A stretch of DNA of 14,908 bases from Oligoflexales bacterium (GTDB lineage: Bacteria; Bdellovibrionota_B; Oligoflexia; Oligoflexales; Bog-1112), in contig JBGCDR010000068.1 of NCBI GenBank assembly GCA_045105515.1, positions 1-14,908 of the forward strand. The letters run 5' to 3'. Below are positions 1-7,400 of the stretch, one piece after another. Made by a program: the position numbers and the translations under genes. Within the stretch, counting starts at the first letter, position 1. Each line of letters starts with the position of its first letter. The notes beneath the pieces were generated by a model. The model had not been told where the DNA came from. It did not search any database and worked only from the letters and a program-made list of their open reading frames with translations.

Positions 1-134
1 CGCAGCTTCTTCAAAGTTAAGAGTCAGAATTGATAAGCTTCGTGATGAAATAGGTTACGCAGCAGCAGGTCTTTGGAACTATAAAATAACATAAATTAAG
101 CTACCAAAGGGTTTTATCAATTGTTAGACAACTC
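1..134 (+). mobile_element. Right end of a probable IS5-family (ISL2 group) insertion sequence, truncated by the window edge
   Basis: Transposase-like C-terminus at 2-94, a 40-bp tail, then ...TTGTTAGACAACTC (121-134) followed by TAA (135-137). This matches the ...CAACTC-TA/...CAAGTC-TA style ends and TWA targets I recall for this group. The left IR is outside the window, so the IR pair cannot be verified. Confidence 0.65.
2..94 (+). CDS. C-terminal fragment of a probable DDE transposase (DDE_Tnp_4-like)
   Basis: Frame 2 is open from the window edge: AASSKLRVRIDKLRDEIGYAAAGLWNYKIT*. The R-x-R...D...AAGLWN(Y/F) tail is typical of ISL2-group IS5 transposases. Not in the ORF track. Confidence 0.65.
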   Translation, partial: AASSKLRVRIDKLRDEIGYAAAGLWNYKIT

Positions 135-136
135 TA

Positions 137-3100
137 ATGATTCCTTCAGAAGCAGCAAGCTTTAATCAGCCCATGACCCTAGCTATATTGATGCCTAGTG
201 ATCCGGTGAACTTAGGTCTTGTTGCTGTTGAAGGTGAAGAGAAGCACATTGCTATAGCCTATAAAGCTTATGACCCACAAGATCAGAAAGTATATTCGGG
301 CTTGATACCACCCAGTGAAATCACCTTTGTAGATGGTTATGCGAGTTTTCCTATCTCTATGTTTGGGACTTTTCAAAGTGTTAAATTTGCTCAAGAAGTG
401 AGTGAAGCCAAGCGAGTTGAGAGTTCAGATCCCCAAATAAGAAATGCAAAGAATGAAGTGCTTATGGACGAACTTGGGCCAGGAGCACCCATTTTTAGCA
501 TCGATCAACCTGCAAAAGGAGAGGCAATTGATTTTAAAAATATTGCTAATCTCACCTTTACGGGTTTTTGTTCCCATAACGGACAAACTCTCGAATTTTC
601 AGGATCCTTTTCAGATCTAGTAGTTTGTAGCGAAAATCGCTTTTCTTTTGAAAAAGACCTTTCGAGTATTGATGGAACGAGCTTTCAAATCGACTTAAGT
701 TTTGGCAGGCCAAAAAGTGATAGCAATCAAAATCCCAAAACTTATAGTAAATCTTACAACTACAATTTAAAACAAGAACTTAGTCTTTCTTTTGCAGATG
801 ATTTAGAAAGCCTTGTCACAAGTTTGAATGAAAGTTTTTTTCAGATATCAGGATTATGCCAATTTGGTGCTGGTTCAGTAATTCTTAGTGGAGCTGTGAG
901 TGAAGAAGAGGAATGTACAGCCCCAAATCGGGATGGCCAGTCAATTTTTACTTTTAACTTGGATCTATCAAGTTTGAGTGACGGATTTTTCGAATTAACA
1001 ATTAGTCAGTCGACAGCCAATGGAATTTCTAAAGAACTTACAAAAACCTTTGAAAAGAATACACAAACTCCTACGATCACATTAACTCAACCCTTAGACG
1101 GATTTTATGTCAATGCCAGTGGGGCTACAAACTTACATTTTAGTGGGACTTGTACAGAAAAGACACAGAAAATTACTGTTACCGGGAGCCAAAATTTTGA
1201 ACTTACCTGTGGCATTGCAGGCACTTTCTCAGAGGCAGTCGATATTTCAGGCCTTGCTGATGGCCCCCTTAGTTTTACCTTCACCCAAGATAATGATTAT
1301 GGTTCGAGTTCAAAGGCCTTGGGTATTGTGAAGAACACATCCACGCCCTATGCGGTTTTTCCAGAGGATAGTGTTACTATTAAGACTTCAAATTTGGGAG
1401 CTACCCAATTTGGCAGTGCGAGTGGAGCAGGGAGTGATACTATTGTTTATGCAGGAAATGGAGATAGCTATACCTGGGAAAAGGTTTCTGGACCAGGGGC
1501 AGTGACTTTTTCACAGTCAAACAGCACTGAAAATAATATGAGTTTTTCAGCAATTGGTTCCTATGTTGTAAAACTCACATCTAGTTCTGGTGGGCAAAAT
1601 GCAAGTGATCAGATCACAGTAGTAGTCCAAGCTCCTAGCAGTTCGGAACGGGCGATTTCACCTAGTAGTTTAAGTGCCCAAGGAATTCCTGGGATTGGGG
1701 TCCGTCTCAGTTGGAGCATTCAGTCAAGTGTGTACAATGTAGAAGACCATTTAGTGGTTTATTTTGAAGGAAATTCTTCAGATTGGGCTGTTGCAAATAA
1801 CTGGCGTCCTGCTGATGGAACAGCATATAGTTCTGGTGATATGCTCTCACATGAAGGGCACAGCTTAACAGTTGGAGCTGACCCTAGCATGTGCATTTAT
1901 GGTTGCGATATTTCGGGTCTTAATGCAGGTAGCACCTACTATTTTCTTGTCTTTGGTATGGATAGCCTAAATTATTATGCTCCACAACCTTCAAATGCTT
2001 CAGCATCTGTGACAGCTGCAATTAATGCGTTTCTTTCAAGTTATGGAGGAAAACCAAAGCACATTCTTATTGATGGTGATGATCTCTACCTTGGTATGTC
2101 TGGAACAGGGATTCATATTTTCGATATATCTTCAGGTTTTTCACTTACAAAGGTGATTAATTCTACTGGTTATGAAGTCCAAGATATGGTGCTCGACAGC
2201 GGAAGGCTTTATGCGCTCTATGATGATGACCACGTATCCATTTTTGACATCTCCACTCCTGCAAGTGCTAGTAGAATTAGTGAAATATCGCTTCCTCAGT
2301 ATTCTTATACAACAAATATTCAGATCAATGGAACCCATCTCTATATTGGAGCAAGTCTTGGGGGAAGCCATGTGTATGATGTTTCGAATGCAGCAAGTCC
2401 AAGCCTTGTTTCAAGCAGTCTTACCTTCTATTTAGGCTTTTCAGCTTATGATTCAGGAGCTTCGTCCGATCGCTTGCTCTCAATTGGAAATGGTTTGAAT
2501 TACTGGGATGTTTCAACAAGTTCTGCACTTAGTCTTGCTGATGCAGATGGACAAAGTACAAGTCCATATTTGATGCAGGGGCTTGCAAATCACTCTGTTA
2601 ATAAGTTCTATGGATCTTTTATTACTGGCAGTTACCGAGGGATGCGCTATATTTCGACTGCGAGTGATACCATTTCTCTTGGAGCTGTGTGGCAATTTAC
2701 CCCTAGCAACTATACCACAAACCTGTCTAAAATTGCTGTGAATGGAGATTATGCATTCATGAATGCAGCCAAGGGAATCTATATTTCAGATGTTACTGGT
2801 CATGCTGATATCCATTTATCAACTTATTCGGCCTCTACTGACTATGATACGTCTGGAATTGCGCTTTATTCCAGTAAAGCTTACCTCGCTGATGATAAGG
2901 GGGTAACGGAGGTTGATATCAGCGATCCCACATCTCCCACTAAGGGTTCAGTTCATGACGGAATTGCTCTATCACCTTCTGATATTGCTGTAAGCGGTAA
3001 CTATGCCTTCCTTGTTGAAGGGCGTGATCTAAAAGTGATGGACCTAACAAGCCTTAGTGCTCTGGAGTACAAGGCTAAACTGCGTTTTTCAGGTTCGGAC

Positions 3101-3859
3101 ATTGGGAGCAAGATTATCATTTCTGGGAACTACGCTTATATATCTGAGACTAGTGGTGGATTTTTTATCGTAGATGTAGGAACAGATCCTCTGAGTCCCG
3201 CCATTGTCGCAAGCGGAAGTGCTGGAACTGGGCTTGTATATTCTATGGTCCACTCTGGCAATTATTTATATCTAACAACTTCTGATACCGATACCTTAGA
3301 AATTTATGATGTAAGTACCCCTGGAAGCATCCAAACAAAGGGTAGCCTCTCGCTTACAAATCCTTCTGCATTAGTCTATTCAGGTGGGAAGGTACTTCTT
3401 GCTGATTTCGATGATAGTGGAGATCGCGAGGCCTTTGTGAAGGTTGTTGATGTAAGTGATCCTGATAATCCAAGCCTTGATGCTACGGTTACAGTTCCTT
3501 GCGACCAGATTACAGATCTAGGAGTGAGTGGAAATTACCTATTCGCTACACAAAGTGCCCAGTATCCTTGTGCAGCAAAGCTTTCTGTTCTTGATATTAG
3601 TTCCATTACAAGCCCAAGCTTTGTTAATGCGATCAGCTTAGATTCGGCCCAGTCGTTAGAAATCTCAGGGGATGATGCCTATGTCGGAGGCGGCAATGAT
3701 GGTCTGATGGTCGTTGATATTTCTGATGCAACAAATCTCACGATCGAAGCAGCATATACCAGCCCAAAATTTCTCGCTAATTTTTCACTTTATGGAACTG
3801 CAGCGCTCTCTGTGAGTGATGAGCTAGGACTCTATGTTTTGAGCCCGCTCTCTAACTAA
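137..3859 (+). CDS. Large surface/adhesin-like protein (3 Cys-paired Ig-like repeats, PKD-like domain, FN3 domain, LVIVD-repeat beta-propellers); probably 5'-truncated by the IS
   Basis: 1240 aa, Ser/Gly/Thr-rich. PKD-like YTWEKVSGPGAVTF...GSYVVKLT; FN3-like LSW...ISGLNAGSTYYFLVFG; many LVIVD-type repeats (SGNYAY...GGFFIVDV..P.SP, GLMVVDISD). No signal peptide and no RBS before ATG 137. Confidence 0.85.
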   Translation: MIPSEAASFNQPMTLAILMPSDPVNLGLVAVEGEEKHIAIAYKAYDPQDQKVYSGLIPPSEITFVDGYASFPISMFGTFQSVKFAQEVSEAKRVESSDPQIRNAKNEVLMDELGPGAPIFSIDQPAKGEAIDFKNIANLTFTGFCSHNGQTLEFSGSFSDLVVCSENRFSFEKDLSSIDGTSFQIDLSFGRPKSDSNQNPKTYSKSYNYNLKQELSLSFADDLESLVTSLNESFFQISGLCQFGAGSVILSGAVSEEEECTAPNRDGQSIFTFNLDLSSLSDGFFELTISQSTANGISKELTKTFEKNTQTPTITLTQPLDGFYVNASGATNLHFSGTCTEKTQKITVTGSQNFELTCGIAGTFSEAVDISGLADGPLSFTFTQDNDYGSSSKALGIVKNTSTPYAVFPEDSVTIKTSNLGATQFGSASGAGSDTIVYAGNGDSYTWEKVSGPGAVTFSQSNSTENNMSFSAIGSYVVKLTSSSGGQNASDQITVVVQAPSSSERAISPSSLSAQGIPGIGVRLSWSIQSSVYNVEDHLVVYFEGNSSDWAVANNWRPADGTAYSSGDMLSHEGHSLTVGADPSMCIYGCDISGLNAGSTYYFLVFGMDSLNYYAPQPSNASASVTAAINAFLSSYGGKPKHILIDGDDLYLGMSGTGIHIFDISSGFSLTKVINSTGYEVQDMVLDSGRLYALYDDDHVSIFDISTPASASRISEISLPQYSYTTNIQINGTHLYIGASLGGSHVYDVSNAASPSLVSSSLTFYLGFSAYDSGASSDRLLSIGNGLNYWDVSTSSALSLADADGQSTSPYLMQGLANHSVNKFYGSFITGSYRGMRYISTASDTISLGAVWQFTPSNYTTNLSKIAVNGDYAFMNAAKGIYISDVTGHADIHLSTYSASTDYDTSGIALYSSKAYLADDKGVTEVDISDPTSPTKGSVHDGIALSPSDIAVSGNYAFLVEGRDLKVMDLTSLSALEYKAKLRFSGSDIGSKIIISGNYAYISETSGGFFIVDVGTDPLSPAIVASGSAGTGLVYSMVHSGNYLYLTTSDTDTLEIYDVSTPGSIQTKGSLSLTNPSALVYSGGKVLLADFDDSGDREAFVKVVDVSDPDNPSLDATVTVPCDQITDLGVSGNYLFATQSAQYPCAAKLSVLDISSITSPSFVNAISLDSAQSLEISGDDAYVGGGNDGLMVVDISDATNLTIEAAYTSPKFLANFSLYGTAALSVSDELGLYVLSPLSN
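485..1345 (+). repeat. Three ~95-aa Ig-like protein repeats, each with a conserved Cys pair
   Basis: FTGFCS...VVCS...FSFEKDLSSIDG; ISGLCQ...EECT...FTFNLDLSSLSDG; FSGTCT...LTCG...FSEAVDISGLADG (aa ~117-403). Confidence 0.8.
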
Positions 3860-4038
3860 TAAGATATCAGAAAAAAAACGTCTGAAATCATGCGGCTAAG
3901 CTTGGTAAATAGTATTTAAAATACAATAATATCAAAAGGTTATTCTTGCTGATAGGCCCATATTTCTTGGTCATACAATTTATAGAATAGACCTGAGCGG
4001 TATTTAATGAGTATATTGATGGTTACAAAGGAGAAAAT

Positions 4039-4227
4039 ATGGATGATCCAGAAGAAAATTTTGATGAAGAAGATAAGAATAATGCACAGATTCTTGTGAT
4101 AGAACTAGCTACTAAAATTTATTCGGGTATGTTAGCAGGTGGTAAACTCCAACCTAGCAAAGAGTCCCGAAGACTAGCAATTCAGGAAGCGCAGAAAATC
4201 ATAGATGATGTTTTGGATAATACCTAG
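4039..4227 (+). CDS. Small hypothetical protein (62 aa; acidic N-terminus, two predicted helices)
   Basis: Strong RBS AAGGAG at 4028-4033, 5 nt before the ATG; protein-like composition. Confidence 0.75.
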   Translation: MDDPEENFDEEDKNNAQILVIELATKIYSGMLAGGKLQPSKESRRLAIQEAQKIIDDVLDNT

Positions 4228-4270
4228 TGTGTATTTTAAAATGTGATTGAGCCCATGGAAATGGTATGCC

Positions 4271-4525
4271 TTATTTTCCGCCTTGCTCTTTCTTTCTTTG
4301 CTCTAAAATTTCTTGACGAGATTTTTGTGGGACTTTTTTAACTTGATCGTCTCTTTCTTGGGTAAGTGTCCGCAATTTGTGGAGAACTCGCTGTTTTAAA
4401 GATGGTCGTTCATTTAAAACAATTGCAAGTGCTTCCCAGTCATCTTTTGCGCCTCTATCATCGATATTTTTATAAGTTTTTTTGCTCTTATCAACTTTGC
4501 CAAAAATGTTTTTATTGTGGGAAAT
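4271..4525 (-). CDS. Hypothetical 84-aa charged helical protein with a non-canonical (ATT) or mutated start
   Basis: Hand translation: (I/M)SHNKNIFGKVDKSKKTYKNIDDRGAKDDWEALAIVLNERPSLKQRVLHKLRTLTQERDDQVKKVPQKSRQEILEQRKKEQGGK*. GAGGA lies just upstream of ATT (4525-4523), and the ORF fills the gap convergent on 4039-4227. Confidence 0.6.
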   Translation of the reverse strand: MSHNKNIFGKVDKSKKTYKNIDDRGAKDDWEALAIVLNERPSLKQRVLHKLRTLTQERDDQVKKVPQKSRQEILEQRKKEQGGK

Positions 4526-4629
4526 AAGTCCTCAATAAGCTTCTAGCCATCCTCAAATAGCCTTACTAAGGAACGTTTGCAAGGGAACTCCTGTATCGAT
4601 ATATTATTAAGGGGATTTCTCCATTCGCA

Positions 4630-4705
4630 TTTGCTCAGTCGAAATGACTTATTATTTTGTTCATTCGAAATGACTTATTATTTCGTTCATTCGAAATGAC
4701 TTATT
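4630..4705. repeat. Tandem repeat, ~3 x 26 bp, with an internal palindrome
   Basis: TTTGCTCAGTCGAAATGACTTATTAT (4630-4655), TTTGTTCATTCGAAATGACTTATTAT (4656-4681), TTCGTTCATTCGAAATGACTTATT (4682-4705). The core TCATT-CGA-AATGA is palindromic in copies 2 and 3, with one mismatch in copy 1. Confidence 0.95.
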
Positions 4706-4715
4706 CAATTCCCTA

Positions 4716-5102
4716 TCACAGATGCGACCCTAAGGCAGTGATGGTTTTAAATACTTGTTTTACATCCTTCAAAGGGAGGTCTAGTTCTCCAGATACTAGT
4801 AGGGAAGCGAAAACAACTCCCAAAACCAATCCTAAAACTGTCGCTAAACCAAATAATAGCAAGAGGTTTGTTCTCGCAGGAACCTCTTCTTCAGGGAAGT
4901 CGGTTTCAAGTTTCTCGTGCCCAGATTTTTTCCTAATCGGAATGTCTTGGATTTCATCAAGTTCGTCGTGGATTTTTGGCTCTTGAAAAGGGGTCTGTGC
5001 CTTAACATGCTTCTGTTTTAGGTTAGGATTTTCTTGTTTTCCGATATCTTTTACAGATTCTTTAAACTGAGAAATAGTTTTCTCAAAAGATTCCTGATCC
5101 AT
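4716..5102 (-). CDS. Hypothetical single-pass membrane protein (128 aa; charged N-terminus, C-proximal TM helix)
   Basis: TM segment LLLLFGLATVLGLVLGVVFASLLV. ATG 5102 is preferred over TTG 5135 because GGAG lies 5 nt upstream. Confidence 0.8.
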   Translation of the reverse strand: MDQESFEKTISQFKESVKDIGKQENPNLKQKHVKAQTPFQEPKIHDELDEIQDIPIRKKSGHEKLETDFPEEEVPARTNLLLLFGLATVLGLVLGVVFASLLVSGELDLPLKDVKQVFKTITALGSHL

Positions 5103-5198
5103 TGTGGCTCCAGGTGTGTGTGAAACCCATTGCAAAATAAAAAGCGGTGGTTTTCATTTTCAATTAAATTTAACTTCCTCTCCTATATCATAATAAGT

Positions 5199-7388
5199 TT
5201 AGCCAAGTTTATGCAATTTTGGCTTATGGCGCATGATTGATCCTTTGGTTTCTAGCCAGCTAGTGGAAACCATCTCACTGAAGTCTGCATTTCTTATCTT
5301 AGGTTTGAAGCCTGCAGCGAGAATCTCCTCGAAAACCGCCTCTGGTACCACCTGGTTAATGGGGATCTGGCCGAGATCATTGGCTCCAAAGCTAATGACT
5401 ATAGGACTAAGTTTTTCCTCAGCAAGATGGGCGCTAGAGCCCTCTCCTTTTGCAGGGCTCAAAGTTGGAATCCGCAGCAGGTTGCAGATAATGCGAGGTA
5501 TATTGGGGATGGCTATTCGAGCTAATGATACTGCCATGATAAATTCAGCAGGAGTTATAAATGAGTCTTTAGCAGGCTCAATGCTAAGGCCGATGATTCC
5601 ACCACTTTCTTTTTGCACTTCTCTATAACTGATGAGTTGATAGAAGAAATTATCCCACATGGGAGAATCTGCACGGGGCGCAACGTTAATCTCAACCTTA
5701 GGAATGGTAGGCAGTTCATAGTCGTGAGCTGCATGGTGTAAATTGGTGACTTCGGTTTTAGTGATACCACGCTCCGATTCGTAAATAGAGCTTTGGAAGC
5801 AATTAACCTGATTTTCTTTGAGGTATTTAAATCCTTCACCTAGTGATTTTTGGGCAGTTTGGACTAGGTACCACAAGCCTCTGGTTCCGCTAACAGATAG
5901 TGAACAGGCGGGAAAACGCTTTTTAAGAACTTGAATATTTTCGAGCATTCCACTGAAATTCACCCGTTCGCCGGCAGATTGTTTTTGGATTCCAGATAAG
6001 TCCAAGTTGATGGCACTAGGACTAAGCTTGTTCTCGCTCAAGTTTTTGTCTAATAAGCTGTCTAGTGACTCTTGCAACTTGAAAGGTTGGGCTATTTCAC
6101 GGACTTTAATTTCTAAGCTTGGTGCGAAGCTCACTTCGGTGTTACTTGCTTTTAGGCTCATTTCAGCAGCTAATTTGCCCAGTTTAAAAAAGTCTTGTTC
6201 CTTGGCAAGCTCAAGTAACTCGCTTTGCTTAGGTTCACTGGAGAAAGTAGAACGACGTGAGGATTTGGCTAGGTTACTTGCACTTAAGACCGGGGCAAGT
6301 GGTTCATTGACTTGGCATGTTTCTCTGAGAGGCTTATATAAGGTGTCTCGTTCTACCGGAATATGGCCAGTTTTCAAGATAAGATTTTCTAAGTTATTTT
6401 GGCTCATGAGCATTCCTGCACGTCCACCAGCCATTCGCGAAATTTTTTCCTGGACTACGGTACCGTCAAGGTCGTTGGCACCAAAAAACAGTCCAAGCTG
6501 AGCAATATCTTGACCCATCATAATCCAATAAGATTTGATGTGATTGAAGTTGTCTAAAAATAGGCGGGAAATAGCTAAGTTTTTTAGATCGTCAAAACCG
6601 AAAGTGTATCGTTTTATTCCCATTTCATTATTATGTGGCTGGAACGATAAAGGAATAAAAGCATTGAATCCGTGGGTTTCATCTTGGAGTTCTCTTAGTT
6701 TTTCTAGATGGTAAATTCTATGCTCGTATGACTCCACATGGCCATAAAGCATTGTGCAGTTTGACATGAGTCCCATTTTGTGGGCTGTGCGGTGAATGTC
6801 TAACCAGTCTTCAGTGCTTAGTTTTGCAGTGATTTCGTGTCTTACATCTTCGTGGAAAACTTCAGCTCCTCCACCTGGCATAGAACCAAGTCCGGCTCGC
6901 TTCATTAGCGATAAGATCCCTTGGACTGGCATCCGAGCTTTGCGTGCAAGCCAGTCGATTTCAACCGCTGTAAAGCCTTTTATATGTAGCGATGGAAAAC
7001 GTTCTTTAACTGTTGATAAGATCTCTAAATAGTAATCTAACTTCCATCGAGGATGTAAGCCGCCAACCATATGAATTTCAGTAGCACCTTGTGCTACAGC
7101 TTCTTCGGCTTTTTCTAAGATCTCTGCAATTGAATAAGCATAGGCCCCTTCATCACCAGGCTTTCTAGCAAATGCACAAAACTTGCAGCTCATGACACAA
7201 ATATTGGTCGGGTTAATGTGTCGATTGATATTGTAGAACACCTTTCCTTGGTTTTTTTGAACATTGACATAATTTGCCAATGCGCCGACGCTGAGGAGGT
7301 CTGCAGACTCATAGAGGTACAGCGCATCAGCTGTGTCTATTCTCGTTCCGGAAAGGATCTTTTCTCTTATCTGATTCATCTTAGCCAT
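5199..7388 (-). CDS. mqnE: Aminofutalosine synthase MqnE (radical SAM, CofH/MqnC/MqnE family) fused to a degenerate second radical-SAM barrel
   Basis: N-half has NRHINPTNICVMSCKFCAF (CxxxCxxC), EIHMVGGLHP, MPGGGAE, SNCTMLYGHVE, HIKSYW and FGANDLDGTVVQEKI..MAG, all MqnE-type motifs. The C-half (~360 aa) aligns with the N-half but lacks the Cys motif. Confidence 0.88.
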   Translation of the reverse strand: MAKMNQIREKILSGTRIDTADALYLYESADLLSVGALANYVNVQKNQGKVFYNINRHINPTNICVMSCKFCAFARKPGDEGAYAYSIAEILEKAEEAVAQGATEIHMVGGLHPRWKLDYYLEILSTVKERFPSLHIKGFTAVEIDWLARKARMPVQGILSLMKRAGLGSMPGGGAEVFHEDVRHEITAKLSTEDWLDIHRTAHKMGLMSNCTMLYGHVESYEHRIYHLEKLRELQDETHGFNAFIPLSFQPHNNEMGIKRYTFGFDDLKNLAISRLFLDNFNHIKSYWIMMGQDIAQLGLFFGANDLDGTVVQEKISRMAGGRAGMLMSQNNLENLILKTGHIPVERDTLYKPLRETCQVNEPLAPVLSASNLAKSSRRSTFSSEPKQSELLELAKEQDFFKLGKLAAEMSLKASNTEVSFAPSLEIKVREIAQPFKLQESLDSLLDKNLSENKLSPSAINLDLSGIQKQSAGERVNFSGMLENIQVLKKRFPACSLSVSGTRGLWYLVQTAQKSLGEGFKYLKENQVNCFQSSIYESERGITKTEVTNLHHAAHDYELPTIPKVEINVAPRADSPMWDNFFYQLISYREVQKESGGIIGLSIEPAKDSFITPAEFIMAVSLARIAIPNIPRIICNLLRIPTLSPAKGEGSSAHLAEEKLSPIVISFGANDLGQIPINQVVPEAVFEEILAAGFKPKIRNADFSEMVSTSWLETKGSIMRHKPKLHKLG

Positions 7389-7400
7389 TTAGATACTCGC

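Noticed and set aside
212..2695. Short alternative-frame or antisense ORFs inside the surface protein gene (212-394, 1107-1331, 2141-2371, 2172-2435, 2513-2695)
   Set aside because: Shadow ORFs fully nested in a strongly supported CDS, with no motifs.
4630..4705. Mini CRISPR array
   Set aside because: The units are contiguous with near-identical intervening sequence (no unique spacers), the period is only 26 bp, and no cas genes are present.
4657..4986. 109-aa plus-strand ORF
   Set aside because: It starts inside the tandem repeat and is antisense to the better-supported membrane protein gene.
5083..5157. 24-codon minus-strand ORF (MKTTAFYFAMGFTHTWSHNGSGIF) downstream of AGGAGAGG, overlapping the membrane-protein start
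   Set aside because: The SD-like sequence is too far from the ATG and there is no other support; it cannot be distinguished from chance.
5199..7388. FbiC (CofG-CofH F420 FO synthase) call for the 729-aa two-domain radical SAM protein
   Set aside because: The N-half has MqnE-type motifs rather than CofG, and the C-half lacks CxxxCxxC, which FbiC needs in both halves.
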